64,000 bases of DNA from an uncultured Gammaproteobacteria bacterium (GCA_964442455.1 CAYTZB010000002.1:11159-75158), one strand, 5' to 3'; shown: positions 10,390-20,812, counted from the first letter of the stretch. Numbers and translations are program-made. Notes: generated by a model from the letters alone, not told the origin.

Positions 10390-11127
10390 CTATTTACCTA
10401 TTTGTCCAAGAATTTCTTGTGGAATATCAATATTCGCCCAAACATTCTGTACATCATCATGCGCCTGAATATTCTCAAGAAATGAGACTACTTTTTGAGC
10501 CTCACTCGGATTATTAATTGTAACAAGATTTTTGGGCCGCAAAACGAGCTCTAAACTTGCCACATCAAACCCCAGTTCATTTATCTTCTCTCGCAGTGAA
10601 GAAAGCTCGCGAGTGTTAACAAAGATTTCAATTCCATCCGGTGTCTCTTCTAAATCCTCCACTCCTGCATCAATAAGCGCTAACATCTGCTCTTGCGGAG
10701 AGTTAGTTTTTTGTACCACGAGCTGTCCAAGCTCCTCAAATTGATACGAGACACTGCCGGGATTCCCTAGTCTCCCCCCTCCCCGCTCAAACAAGTTTTT
10801 AACTTCCTGTGCAGTTCTGTTCTTATTATCTGTTACTGCTTGAACTACTACCGCAACCCCCGAAGGACCATAGCCTTCATAGGTTGCCTCTTCAACCCCT
10901 GCTCCCCCAACAGCCCTGGTTATAGCTCGCTCAATATTGTCCTTAGGCATGTTAGCAGCTCGCGCTCTATCAATGGCAAGCCGAAGCTTGAAATTGGCAT
11001 CTGGGTTTACCCCCACTTTTCCTGCAATTGTTATTGCACGGGCAAGCTTCGAGAACAACAAACCCCGCTTAATATCCGTTGATTCTTTCTGCCGCTTAAT
11101 TGTTGACCATTTACTGTGTCCAGACAT
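10390..11127 (-). CDS. yebC: YebC/PmpR-family transcriptional regulator
   Basis: MSGHSKWSTIKRQK...GYGPSGVAVVV pattern. Start trimmed to the conserved MSGHSKW. Confidence 0.9.
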   Translation of the reverse strand: MSGHSKWSTIKRQKESTDIKRGLLFSKLARAITIAGKVGVNPDANFKLRLAIDRARAANMPKDNIERAITRAVGGAGVEEATYEGYGPSGVAVVVQAVTDNKNRTAQEVKNLFERGGGRLGNPGSVSYQFEELGQLVVQKTNSPQEQMLALIDAGVEDLEETPDGIEIFVNTRELSSLREKINELGFDVASLELVLRPKNLVTINNPSEAQKVVSFLENIQAHDDVQNVWANIDIPQEILGQIGK

Positions 11128-11248
11128 AACTCTTGTATAGTATAGCAAACACCTTTTAAAAATATTAATAAACCACGAATATACAACCGATAACTGTCCA
11201 TCTACTGCTTGACTTACCTCTTTACCCCGTGTTAAAAATCATCAAAAC

Positions 11249-11614
11249 ATGAGTGCACGACAACCTGAAAGCTTACCACATACTGATACGGCAAATAAAC
11301 TTAGAGAGCTCTCACAATTAAGTGAGGAATTACGTCAATTTGAGAAAGATCTTGGGATCACATGGATGCCAAAAGATACGCCTTCGATGAGTACAAGGCT
11401 TAAACAAATTATCGATAAAGTAGAAGAGAAAGCCCTAGAACAAGGGATGTTAGAAATAGAACCAGGATTTGCTTCAATGTTTTTAGATGCAGTAGTCCAG
11501 GGACTCACAGGAATTCCGTTTAATCAACTCGCTCGAGAAGAACAGCGAAGAGTAATACAAGAGCTTCTCCGCTATGATATTGATCCACGGCAAGATCCCA
11601 GAGAACCTCTTTGA
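11249..11614 (+). CDS. hypothetical protein (121 aa)
   Basis: ORF only. Confidence 0.4.
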   Translation: MSARQPESLPHTDTANKLRELSQLSEELRQFEKDLGITWMPKDTPSMSTRLKQIIDKVEEKALEQGMLEIEPGFASMFLDAVVQGLTGIPFNQLAREEQRRVIQELLRYDIDPRQDPREPL

Positions 11615-11661
11615 GCAATTTTACGGGGTCTGCACCCTAAATTATCGAGATTCGAGGTGGT

Positions 11662-12354
11662 TTGGGGCTTGACAAACTTCTAAAACTTTTTATGATTGTT
11701 CAAGAGTTCCATTACATGAATCCTAATCTTGCTCAACAAGCGATACGGGCAGCGGTTGAAGGCAATTGGCAACACGCCGCTCAACTGAACCGTACCATTC
11801 TTCAAGAAAATCCTGCCGATATTGAGGCAATGCTAAGGCTTGCCCATTCCCTCACCCAACTAGGAAAAACAAAAGAAGCTGCGAGCCTCTACGAAAAAGT
11901 GTTAAAACTTGACCGCTACAATACGTTTGCTCAGCGGGCGCTTCTCAAATTAAAGAAAATGAAAAGAGGGAAAAAGCGGGTAACTCCTGAACTCCATGGT
12001 CTTGAAACTATGTTCCTCGAAGAACCGGGTAAAACCAAAACTGTGGGATTGGTTCATACTGCACCTCCAGCAGTGCTCGCACACCTTGATACAGGACAGC
12101 GGGTACTTCTTGTTCCTCGACGACACCGTATTTCAGTCACTACCGAAGAAGGGGTATATGTAGGCCGGCTTCCTGACGACTTATCGGTGCGACTCCTTGG
12201 GTTTATTTCAGGAGGTAATAAATATGAGGCGGTGGCAAAGGGGGTCAATACCACCGAAGTCAAGGTTTTCATCCAGGAAACCTATCGATGCCCTAAATTT
12301 GAAAAAACTCCTTCTTTTTTCCATGAAGCAAATACCGCAGGGGAGCAGTTGTAA
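11662..12354 (+). CDS. TPR-repeat protein
   Basis: N-terminal TPR-like helical repeats (AIRAAVEGNWQHAAQLNRTILQENPADIEA...ASLYEKVLKLD). The true start is possibly MNPNLAQQ. Confidence 0.5.
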   Translation: MGLDKLLKLFMIVQEFHYMNPNLAQQAIRAAVEGNWQHAAQLNRTILQENPADIEAMLRLAHSLTQLGKTKEAASLYEKVLKLDRYNTFAQRALLKLKKMKRGKKRVTPELHGLETMFLEEPGKTKTVGLVHTAPPAVLAHLDTGQRVLLVPRRHRISVTTEEGVYVGRLPDDLSVRLLGFISGGNKYEAVAKGVNTTEVKVFIQETYRCPKFEKTPSFFHEANTAGEQL

Positions 12355-12367
12355 AGCAGAGAAGTCT

Positions 12368-13369
12368 TTACGGAGCGGGCAGGGAACGAGCAAGCCCCTC
12401 ATTGACAACCAGCTCGACCGGTGCAGATGAGGCACCCTCCGTAATAATGCACCCAAGAAGTTCCTTGAGCCGCTTTACTGTCAAGGTTCCTTCTGTCTCT
12501 TGCCGCGTCCGAAGTGTACAGTGTTCCCCACCCCCGCTTCCCGCTCGCACCCATACGACACGCGCGCCCATCCCCTCCAAAACTCCAGCAATTTGCCCCC
12601 CTGCACCTGCTTTATCGGTTGCATTAACTACTCCTACCCCAATCCGCTCTTGTGCAACCAGCGCATCCTGAAATTCACGAAGCATCACTTCTCGTACTCT
12701 CTCCTTGTCGAGGATAAACCCCATGCTTCCATCGGCACGTCGAACACTCTGCACGATGCGCCGCTCCTGTGTGTTTATCACCCGACGATGCGATGTATCC
12801 ATACCCCCAAGCACTCTAGCAATCCTTACTTTGTCGAAGAATGTAAAGTTGGTGGGAAGACCAATAGAAGAAACTGCGGCAAAAAGCGCCCTCACGCCCG
12901 ATAAGGGATGCGCACCACCCGTAATTTCCTCCTCCTCTCCATAACCAAGAAGCGTTATCCCTTTTCCCTCAATCCATCCATCCACAGGAACCTGAAGCTG
13001 ATATTGTAAACTCTTTGCAAGAAGCGTTCCTCCCACTTTGCGCTGTTTCCCCAACTCGAAAAGTGAGGCAATCTGCCATTCCCCTGCCCCCGAGCTTGCT
13101 TCAATTTCTAACGTTCCAGGAAATGAAATAAGAACCAACTCTCCCGCTTGTGCTTGATAGGAAGCCAGCACTGGAGGGTCAGTGGCAACGACAAAAGTGA
13201 GCCGCTCTTCTCCTTTCCATAATCGGGTATTCCATAACGAAGTGGCCTTCACCATACTCCCCGTAACCAAAATCACAAAAGCAGCGACAAGAAATAGGGT
13301 GAGTAGTTTTGAGGACGAAAACTTCTGTACTTTTCTTCGACTGTTGGGACGACCGCTTCGGGCAGGCAT
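12368..13369 (-). CDS. LytR_C / LCP-family cell-envelope protein
   Basis: N-terminal TM anchor and a C-terminal IGVGVVNATDKAGAGGQIAGVLEGMGARV LytR_C-like motif. Confidence 0.55.
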   Translation of the reverse strand: MPARSGRPNSRRKVQKFSSSKLLTLFLVAAFVILVTGSMVKATSLWNTRLWKGEERLTFVVATDPPVLASYQAQAGELVLISFPGTLEIEASSGAGEWQIASLFELGKQRKVGGTLLAKSLQYQLQVPVDGWIEGKGITLLGYGEEEEITGGAHPLSGVRALFAAVSSIGLPTNFTFFDKVRIARVLGGMDTSHRRVINTQERRIVQSVRRADGSMGFILDKERVREVMLREFQDALVAQERIGVGVVNATDKAGAGGQIAGVLEGMGARVVWVRAGSGGGEHCTLRTRQETEGTLTVKRLKELLGCIITEGASSAPVELVVNEGLARSLPAP

Positions 13370-13400
13370 AGATTAGGAAATTTCTAATTTTTAAATTTTA
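13370..13400 (-). repeat. AT-rich AATTAGAAATTT motif copy abutting the LCP start codon
   Basis: The minus strand reads ...aattagaaatttcctaatcATG. Confidence 0.5.
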
Positions 13401-15116
13401 GGTTAATTTGGATATTTTTGTGTGTTCTGCTTTGATTGTTTTGAGTTTTGCTGCGACCTCTTCCCTATTTAATCCAAATGCTTGGAAAATACGATGCGCA
13501 ACAGAAAGCGCTGCTTCAAATTCCGGCTGAATAACCTCGCTAATACCCAAATTCATAAGTCGAGTTCTATCTTCATCCCGCTGCACACGCGAGATAATCT
13601 GTACTTTACTGCTCAGCTGTTTTGCATGCCCAATCACCAACTCTTGCGTATGTCGGTCGGGTATCGCGATAACCAAAAGACGTGCTTTATCAACTTCTGC
13701 AGCGGCGAGCACTTCCTTATCTCCCGGGTCACCATACACAAACGGAATGCCACGCTCGCTCAATTCTTTTAAAATTTCGTGATTATATTCAACAACTACA
13801 AACGGAATCTGTGCAAGTTGGCACGCTCTCCCAAGCCATGAGCCAAGACGGCCAAACCCGCACAGTACCACATGGTCCGAAATCTCTTCCTGTGCTCCGC
13901 CGGCTGGCTGATGTGCGCGACGGTCCATTCCAACAACACTAGAGAGTACTGGTAGCCGCAAGATAGGTCGGGTTCGCTCCCAAAACACGTGACGAGCAGC
14001 AAATAACAGCGGCGTGGCAAGAAGCGTAACCAGTGCTACTGAGACCGCAATTCCAATCTCCCTCTCGCTCAAAAGCCCTAACTCACCACCGAGGGCCGCA
14101 AGTAAGAATGAAAACTCTCCAATGTTTGCCAGTCCCAGGGCCGTCCAAAATGCCGTTTTCGCGTGATACCCAAACAAAAGAGTCACCAAAAGTGATATAA
14201 GGAACTTAAGTCCCAAGAAAAGGAACGCAAGGGTTAAAATCAGTTGCCAAGAATTAAGAAGAAATGAAGGGGAAAGGAGTGCCCCAAGTGACACAAAGAA
14301 CAAAATCATAAAAATCTCGCGCAAGGGTCGGACTTCCGCAAATACTGCGTGATTCTGTGATGTCTCGGACACAATAAGTCCTGCAAGAAATGCACCTAGA
14401 GCCGGCGAAATGCCCAAAATTTGTGAAAGAAAGGCAACGCCAAAAATAAATGTTACTACTGCCAAAAGGAAGAACTCCCGCGAGTTAGCCCTGACGACCA
14501 AGTTCATAAATTGAGGAACTGCAAATCGACCCGCAACGACCGCTCCCACCACAAGAAGTACAGCCCGGGAAGCTGCTTCTCCCATATCCAGCAGCCCTCC
14601 ATCCTTCCCCACGAGCGTTGGTAAAAGCACCACCATCGGAACAACCGCCAAGTCCTGCACCAACAACCACCCGGTTAAGATTTCGCCATGCAGCGTATCG
14701 AGTTCCGCCCGCTCTTGGAGAAGTTTAACAACCACTGCGGTTGAGGAAAGAGAAAAGCCGAACGCAAGGATAAGCGACGCGGCATGGCTTAAGCCGAATG
14801 AAGGTAAAATGACCAAACCCGCCACGACAGTCGTCAAGATTTGGATTATTCCCCCAGCGACCGCCACTCGAAATACACGAGTAAGCTGGGTAAAGGAAAG
14901 TTCAATGCCGACTGTAAATAACAGGAAAATGATACCGAGTTGTGCTAACGCGAATACACTTCCTCCCGCATGCAACACTCCCGAAAGAGCGGCAAATATG
15001 ACTCCAGAGATAATATATCCGGTCAAAAGTGGAAGGCGAAAAAGAATAGACGTCGCGCCGCCAAGGAGGGCTGCGGCGAGCACGAATCCTAAATCACGGA
15101 AAAGGGCAGATTCCAT
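13398..15116 (-). CDS. CPA2-family K+/H+ antiporter with C-terminal TrkA-N (RCK) domain (Kef-type)
   Basis: Twelve hydrophobic helices followed by a Rossmann motif, VVLCGFGRLGSWLGRA. Confidence 0.85.
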   Translation of the reverse strand: MESALFRDLGFVLAAALLGGATSILFRLPLLTGYIISGVIFAALSGVLHAGGSVFALAQLGIIFLLFTVGIELSFTQLTRVFRVAVAGGIIQILTTVVAGLVILPSFGLSHAASLILAFGFSLSSTAVVVKLLQERAELDTLHGEILTGWLLVQDLAVVPMVVLLPTLVGKDGGLLDMGEAASRAVLLVVGAVVAGRFAVPQFMNLVVRANSREFFLLAVVTFIFGVAFLSQILGISPALGAFLAGLIVSETSQNHAVFAEVRPLREIFMILFFVSLGALLSPSFLLNSWQLILTLAFLFLGLKFLISLLVTLLFGYHAKTAFWTALGLANIGEFSFLLAALGGELGLLSEREIGIAVSVALVTLLATPLLFAARHVFWERTRPILRLPVLSSVVGMDRRAHQPAGGAQEEISDHVVLCGFGRLGSWLGRACQLAQIPFVVVEYNHEILKELSERGIPFVYGDPGDKEVLAAAEVDKARLLVIAIPDRHTQELVIGHAKQLSSKVQIISRVQRDEDRTRLMNLGISEVIQPEFEAALSVAHRIFQAFGLNREEVAAKLKTIKAEHTKISKLT

Positions 15117-15124
15117 CTCCCTTA

Positions 15125-15937
15125 TTATGAAGTACGTGTACGAAGATATGCAAGCACATCCCGAAGCTCTTCTGGAGACTCGCTGGTGATAGTTACTCTC
15201 TTACCACTTATTGGGTGTGCGAACGTAATGCTTTGCGCATGCAAGAAAAGTCGAGGGCACCACTTTCTATCCTCCCTTGAGGTTTTGCGTCCCGCGTAAA
15301 ACTGATCTCCCACAATTGGATGACCAATTGATTTTAGGTGCACCCTCAGTTGGTGTGTTCTCCCTGTCTTTGGGTAAAGCTCCAAAAGAGAAAATTCTTC
15401 ACTTGAAATTGGAAACTGCTCGCCTCGCTGCGAAGCGGGGAAATTGGAAATTGTTTTATACTTCGTTTCCGCTTCCCTCCCGCCCGGCAATACTCCAAAC
15501 CTCTCTCTGTTCCATGGAAGCCTCCCAATAGGAACATTTATTACACCTTCCTCGGGCATTACTTTTCCATGAACTAAAGCGACATAGCTCTTTTGCACTC
15601 CCCGCTCTTTAAACTGCGCTTGTAAGTTCTCAAACGCTTCCGGCGTTTTTGCAACAAGAAGCACCCCACTCGTCTCTTTGTCTATTCGATGAACAATTCC
15701 GCTCCTTTTCACAAAGTCCGAAGGGGGTGACACGGGTGGAAGGGATCCCGACACGCGCGCAGGCGAACGCCGAGCACTGGCGGGAGGGATAACCCGGGGC
15801 AGGACCCCCGAGGACTCAACCCAATCCTGAAGCGTCTCCCCCTTTACCGACTCCGCCCTATTCACCACCATCCCAGCCGGTTTATCAACAACCAGAAGAT
15901 ATTTGTCTTCGTAGAGAATTCGCGGTTCCACGGACAC
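15125..15937 (-). CDS. RluA-family 23S rRNA pseudouridine synthase
   Basis: Catalytic HRIDKETSGVLLVAKT motif. Confidence 0.9.
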   Translation of the reverse strand: MSVEPRILYEDKYLLVVDKPAGMVVNRAESVKGETLQDWVESSGVLPRVIPPASARRSPARVSGSLPPVSPPSDFVKRSGIVHRIDKETSGVLLVAKTPEAFENLQAQFKERGVQKSYVALVHGKVMPEEGVINVPIGRLPWNRERFGVLPGGREAETKYKTISNFPASQRGEQFPISSEEFSLLELYPKTGRTHQLRVHLKSIGHPIVGDQFYAGRKTSREDRKWCPRLFLHAQSITFAHPISGKRVTITSESPEELRDVLAYLRTRTS

Positions 15938-16336
15938 TTACTTTTCTCTCTTCTTTTCGCAGGAGATACAAAGAGTCGCTTCGGGGTAAATCATAAGGCG
16001 ATCGGTATCAATCATTTGGCCACAATTTTCGCAAATTCCATATTTCCCAATCTTAATGCGTGCGAGAGCTTTCTTTGTTTGGACAATTTTCCTGTCAAGT
16101 TCCTGCTTCACAGCAGAAACACGCGCATGGCCAAATTGTACGGCCGCATCTGAATCAGGAGATGCGTTCTCTAGAAGTCGCTTTGTATCCTTAAATGGAT
16201 CTTGGGTTGACACTTCGTGCGCCCGCCGCTCCAAACGCGATAATTGCTGGGTTAAGAAGCTCCCTATGGGATGAAGCAGTTTTTGGGGAATCTGAATGAT
16301 GTTCTCTGTAGTTGTTCGAACAGCGCTTTTTTTCAT
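15938..16336 (-). CDS. DksA/TraR-family C4 zinc-finger protein
   Basis: C-terminal CENCGQMIDTDRLMIYPEATLCISC four-cysteine finger with an upstream coiled coil. Confidence 0.8.
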   Translation of the reverse strand: MKKSAVRTTTENIIQIPQKLLHPIGSFLTQQLSRLERRAHEVSTQDPFKDTKRLLENASPDSDAAVQFGHARVSAVKQELDRKIVQTKKALARIKIGKYGICENCGQMIDTDRLMIYPEATLCISCEKKREK

Positions 16337-16995
16337 CGTGCAAATACCCTCCTTATTCTTGACGTATCCCCCTCTATTCTTCCGGACTGAAAATATACCA
16401 CAATACTACAGACGAGCGCAAGAGACACGCCTGTTGCGATAGTCACCCCTCTCGACATCAAGAATAGCATATGTGGGAAAAGCAGCGCAATAGCTGCCCG
16501 TATTGCAAGATAAAGAATAACGGCGACCAGTGACGCAAATCCCACTTTCCCAGAAGGGTACCACAAAAAACTGCGATAGTATTTCCGCAGCATCCAAAAA
16601 AAGCACAACGCCCCAACGAGCAGTAGCGGTTCGGTAAAAGAATACCAGTAGAACTTCCCCGCACTGCGAAGTATGTTCAGTGAAAAAAAGAAAAGAAAGA
16701 CAAAAAGAGAAGGGACAACTGCCTCGAATACCTCAACAGGGCGCATCGCTAGTCTCTTGCTTCGGAAAAGCGCGAAAAGAAACACAAGAAAGAGTGCACC
16801 CAAAAGATGGTCGCGTCCAAAAATCCATCCCATGAGAGAGAAACCTAGTATTCCCCCAAGCGCAATAAGGAGTCCGAGAGGAAAAATGCGGGCATCCTCA
16901 TAATCATCCTTCAATAGCTCCCAAAAGATGAAGAAGGAGAACAATGCACCAACCGTAAGAATGAGGAATGTCGCAAAATTTGATAAATTTGACAT
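16333..16995 (-). CDS. hypothetical membrane protein
   Basis: Start trimmed to MSNLSNF, which is preceded on the minus strand by tggtataat and a taggag SD. This removes the apparent overlap with the ORF at 17048. Confidence 0.5.
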   Translation of the reverse strand: MSNLSNFATFLILTVGALFSFFIFWELLKDDYEDARIFPLGLLIALGGILGFSLMGWIFGRDHLLGALFLVFLFALFRSKRLAMRPVEVFEAVVPSLFVFLFFFSLNILRSAGKFYWYSFTEPLLLVGALCFFWMLRKYYRSFLWYPSGKVGFASLVAVILYLAIRAAIALLFPHMLFLMSRGVTIATGVSLALVCSIVVYFQSGRIEGDTSRIRRVFAR

Positions 16996-17047
16996 TATGC
17001 TCCTACCCATTATACCATTGAAATAACTCACACGAGTCCTTTTTTGT

Positions 17048-17509
17048 ATGGTTGAATTGCCACACGTATTGGTAGGAGTTGCAATTGCCTCAAAAGTCGG
17101 AAATCCGGCTCTTTCTCTACCTCTCGCACTCGCCAGCCATTTCGTGATGGACCTCATCCCCCATTGGAATCCTCCTATTTACCGGGAAATTAAAAAACTC
17201 GGACGGCTAAAACCAAATACCACTACGTTTATTTTCTTGGACAGTTTCGCGGCGCTTCTTATTGGATCGTTTATTGCGCTTCAAAGTTTGCCTGACCTAT
17301 CTCGTGCAATGATTATTTTACTTGGAGGATTCTTTGCAGTGTTACCTGACTTGTTGGAAGCACCGTATTATCTTATGAACGTCACCCACCCGCTTATCAC
17401 TCGTCTTGTTGAATTTGAACACGCACTGCAAGCGCGCGCACCGCTCATTCCTGGAATACTCACCCAGGTAGCCGTCTGCGCCGCAGCCGTGTGGTGGATC
17501 TTCACTTAG
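17048..17509 (+). CDS. putative membrane-bound metal-dependent hydrolase (YdjM/DUF457-like)
   Basis: 153-aa membrane protein beginning MVELPHVLVG with a conserved His. Weak family call. Confidence 0.4.
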   Translation: MVELPHVLVGVAIASKVGNPALSLPLALASHFVMDLIPHWNPPIYREIKKLGRLKPNTTTFIFLDSFAALLIGSFIALQSLPDLSRAMIILLGGFFAVLPDLLEAPYYLMNVTHPLITRLVEFEHALQARAPLIPGILTQVAVCAAAVWWIFT

Positions 17510-18077
17510 CTCGTTCGATGTACTCGCCTGTTCGTGTGTCGACACGTACGGCGTCTCCAACATTTATAAAAAGCGGTACTTTTATTTGAAGTCCACTCTC
17601 AAGTACAGCCGGTTTCCAGATATTTGTTGCGCTATTTCCCTTGACTCCGGGGCTGGTGTCGGTTACTTTAAGCGTTACTTTTGGAGGCAACTCTATAGTA
17701 AGGGGTACATCCACAGCATCGCCCGAGGACCAAAACAGTACATCCGCTTCTTGACCATCTTTTACGAAACGGATCTCACCTCCTGCAATTCTGCGCGGAA
17801 TTTCTACTTGCTCGAAACTTTGGGGATCCATAAATACGGCATTTTCCTCATCCTTATATAAATACTGAAGGCGTCGTTTAGTGGTTGGTGCTTCCTCTAC
17901 TCTTGTCCCTGAGTTAAATGTTTTTTCTTCAACTCTACCTGTTTTAAGATTGCGCACTTCCACCCTCACCGTTGCCCCACCCCGCCCAAGCTTGGTGTGG
18001 GTATATTTGACCACCACATAAGGAGTTCCTTCTATTTGAAAAGTAGTTCCTGCTCGTAAATCGGTAACGTCAATCAT
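17502..18077 (-). CDS. efp: elongation factor P
   Basis: MIDVTDLRAGTTFQIEGTPYVVVKYTHTKLGRGGATVRVEVRNLKTG. Start trimmed to the conserved methionine. Confidence 0.93.
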   Translation of the reverse strand: MIDVTDLRAGTTFQIEGTPYVVVKYTHTKLGRGGATVRVEVRNLKTGRVEEKTFNSGTRVEEAPTTKRRLQYLYKDEENAVFMDPQSFEQVEIPRRIAGGEIRFVKDGQEADVLFWSSGDAVDVPLTIELPPKVTLKVTDTSPGVKGNSATNIWKPAVLESGLQIKVPLFINVGDAVRVDTRTGEYIERAK

Positions 18078-18223
18078 ATTTAAAATTCGAAATTCGAATA
18101 TCGAAATTCGAAACAATATTCAAAAACAAAAATTTCCAAAATTCAAAACTTTTATTATTTATTTTTTATAATTTTTAATTTGTTTCGTGCTTCGTGCTTA
18201 GAATTTCGTGCTTCCGAGTTTTT

Positions 18224-19612
18224 TCAAAACTCGGTGCCGCTTGTAAAATTCCACCTTTTAATATGCAAAGCCGGCATGCGATTACTTCCGATTTCAAGTT
18301 CAAAACTAGAAAGCGGCACAGCAGTATTGGAAATTGCAGCAACACTGGACAACGCCTCCGGAATACTCTGATTAAAACGAAGATTTTTGACTCCACCAAC
18401 AATCTCTCCGTCCTTAATCAAAAACGTTCCATCTCGCGTCATACCGGTAATTGATAAATGCCTCGGATTCAAAACCCGCACATACCAAAACCGAGTTACA
18501 AGCAGTCCTTTTTTGACTCCCTTTATCATCTCTTCCATCCCCTTTTTACCCGGTTCTATTACTAAATGTAATGGCATCGGCCCACCTGTATTAGGTGCGG
18601 GCAACGCATGACCGGTATTAGGAGCGTCATGCTTCCCAGCATGGTAGGAGTCGTATACCAAATTTTTCAGCACTCCCTCTTTAATTATTTCGACTTTCCG
18701 CTTCGGAACTCCTTCAAAATCAAAAGGCATGGGAAATCCTTCCTCTGATATGGGATCGTCGTATATAGAAATGTTCTTACCTACCACCTTTTCGCCAAGA
18801 CGACCTGAAAAATAGCTTGCCTGCTCGTGATAAATTCGCGCATTTGGCCCAAGCCAAGCAAGAAATGCCATCATTTCATTCACTGCTTGAGGCTCAAGTA
18901 TGACATCCCACTCCCCGGGCTTAACTTCTAGCGGTTTCGTACCACGTTCAACTTTTTCTATTGCTTGTTGTGCAACATCCTCAGCGTTGATATCGGCAAC
19001 TTTTCTTCCTAATTGTGCACCAAATCCCGTTGAGTCTTTCCCAAGTAAAATTGTCGAAAGATCAGACGCAGAGCTCACATGATACGCCCATACACCATGA
19101 GAATTCGCCACTACTATCTCAGTTATCACGCTATCAAACGCGCCCGAAGCCGTAATCTTCTTTTCTCGTGCTTTTGTAATAATTGTTGACACCGCCGCTG
19201 CGCGCTCCTCTGGTGTTGCTTGGTGAACCCATTGTGCAACTTTTGGCAACTTTTGCGGCTTGGGTAAACTCTTAAAATGTGGATCTTCTCTTTGTAATTT
19301 TGCTAAACTTTCTGCTCGTCGCACAACATCACGAAGCGCAGAGGGCGCAAAACTATTTGTGGAGGCAACACCTATTCGTTTCCCAATCACCACACGCACA
19401 GAAATCCCTACATCTTCCCATGCAACATTTTGATGAATCTGAGAGTTCGCAAATCGGGTCAACCCATGATCCGTCACAAATAGCAAAACTTCTGTCTCAA
19501 GTTTACCTCTTCGAGCCTGAGCCTCAGAGCCGAAGGCCTGAGCTGGCCGAAGGGCACGCGATAAGCTCAAAACTTTCTTTGCAATTTCGTGTAATTTCTT
19601 TTCTCCAACCAT
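18224..19612 (-). CDS. pmbA: TldE/PmbA-family metalloprotease partner subunit
   Basis: 462 aa, TldD/PmbA fold, lacks the HExxxH motif. Pairs with the TldD gene at 20778-22325. Confidence 0.8.
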   Translation of the reverse strand: MVGEKKLHEIAKKVLSLSRALRPAQAFGSEAQARRGKLETEVLLFVTDHGLTRFANSQIHQNVAWEDVGISVRVVIGKRIGVASTNSFAPSALRDVVRRAESLAKLQREDPHFKSLPKPQKLPKVAQWVHQATPEERAAAVSTIITKAREKKITASGAFDSVITEIVVANSHGVWAYHVSSASDLSTILLGKDSTGFGAQLGRKVADINAEDVAQQAIEKVERGTKPLEVKPGEWDVILEPQAVNEMMAFLAWLGPNARIYHEQASYFSGRLGEKVVGKNISIYDDPISEEGFPMPFDFEGVPKRKVEIIKEGVLKNLVYDSYHAGKHDAPNTGHALPAPNTGGPMPLHLVIEPGKKGMEEMIKGVKKGLLVTRFWYVRVLNPRHLSITGMTRDGTFLIKDGEIVGGVKNLRFNQSIPEALSSVAAISNTAVPLSSFELEIGSNRMPALHIKRWNFTSGTEF

Positions 19613-19635
19613 ATTCTCACAATTATATCAAATTC

Positions 19636-19664
19636 TGGCAAAATTAAGCTTATTATGGTATAAT
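19636..19664 (+). promoter_or_regulatory. extended -10 promoter (TGGTATAAT) about 12 nt upstream of the ATG, implying a near-leaderless mRNA
   Basis: tggtataat at 19656-19664, ATG at 19676. Confidence 0.4.
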
Positions 19665-19675
19665 CGGGCCATAAA

Positions 19676-20812
19676 ATGAGTACTGAAGCTTTAGGACCAT
19701 CAAAGCCCGAACAAGTCGGTAGGGAACAGCGCGCGTTACTCCCCCAGCAAAGACTACTGGAGGCAGTATTTAGTGAGCCACAACGACCAATTTCCCCTGA
19801 AAAGGGAGAAGAGCTGGCCGAGACTGTTTCTGAAGTTTTAACAAGTACACTCAGGCCACGAGAAGCTGAAGTAATTATCCGTAGATTTGGACTTGCAAGT
19901 GGCACACCAGAAACAATAGCTCAAATAGCTAATGACTTTCAAAGAACAAAAGGGCGCATACGACAAATAGAAGAACGCGCACTTCGTAGGCTACGTTCGC
20001 CAAACAATAGAGACAAATTAAAAGAATATGTTGTTTTGTCTGAAGGCCCTGTTGCCTTCTCAATTGCCGGGCTACAACTTACTTACAGTGATTTAAAAGC
20101 AGTTACCAATGCTCGTCTGGAGGAACTAGGACCAGCAATTCATCTTGCTCGGTATGTTGCCTCGAGGATGGATAGAGAATGGAAAGATGTCGGAGAGCTT
20201 TTGACAGAGAATAGAGAACCCTTTTTAAGGCATCTCTCTGCTGAACAATTAAAACATCTTGGAGATGAACTTCGAAAAGTTTATGAAAGAGCCCAAGCTG
20301 GTTTTTATAAGGAACAGGAAGTCGTCAATCGCTTTCTCCCTTATTTAGAAATAAAACCCGATGTACTTGCTTTAATAGCATCACGCCCCATTGAATCCCT
20401 TGATCTCCCGACAGACATAGGGGGTGATCTCAAGAGACATGGCATTAATACTATTGGTGAAGTTCTTAATAGACCTAAACTCGATTTCCTACGTAATAGC
20501 TGGATAGTGGAGGGGATGGAATGGAGGCTTAAAGCATACATCGAAGCAGTTGAATTCGAAATAAATCCTCCTCCAGAATCGGAGGCGTTTAAAACACTTG
20601 CTGGTATTTCTACGGTTTGGATTAATAAGATAGTGGGAACTCGAGTGAGTTATGCATTAGCTCGTGGAAATATCTATACAGTGGCGCAGGTGCTTAACAT
20701 GACTGAGAAAGAATTATTAAGGGTAAAAGGATTTGGCCAGAAATCTCTTAATGAACTGAAGGCTGCAATAATAAGACTTACCACTTCACAACCCCCACTT
20801 TCACCTTCCTAA
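19676..20812 (+). CDS. novel DNA-binding protein: sigma-70 region-4 domain fused to two RNA polymerase alpha-CTD-like helix-hairpin-helix domains
   Basis: TLRPREAEVIIRRFGL...TIAQIANDFQRTKGRIRQIEERALRRLRSP resembles sigma-70 region 4.2. DLKRHGINTIGEVL and RVSYALARGNIYTVAQVLNMTEKELLRVKGFGQKSLNELKAAI resemble the RpoA alpha-CTD. Confidence 0.6.
   Translation: MSTEALGPSKPEQVGREQRALLPQQRLLEAVFSEPQRPISPEKGEELAETVSEVLTSTLRPREAEVIIRRFGLASGTPETIAQIANDFQRTKGRIRQIEERALRRLRSPNNRDKLKEYVVLSEGPVAFSIAGLQLTYSDLKAVTNARLEELGPAIHLARYVASRMDREWKDVGELLTENREPFLRHLSAEQLKHLGDELRKVYERAQAGFYKEQEVVNRFLPYLEIKPDVLALIASRPIESLDLPTDIGGDLKRHGINTIGEVLNRPKLDFLRNSWIVEGMEWRLKAYIEAVEFEINPPPESEAFKTLAGISTVWINKIVGTRVSYALARGNIYTVAQVLNMTEKELLRVKGFGQKSLNELKAAIIRLTTSQPPLSPS

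Noticed and set aside
12402-12944. Pro/Ser/Thr-rich plus-strand ORFs inside the LCP gene region
   Set aside because: They are antisense to a minus-strand ORF with a recognisable LytR_C motif and show the composition typical of antisense frames.
16333-17509. 110-nt antisense overlap between ORFs 16333-17157 (-) and 17048-17509 (+)
   Set aside because: The minus-strand gene most likely starts at the internal MSNLSNF methionine (16995), which has its own -10 box and SD. The overlap is an ORF-caller artefact.
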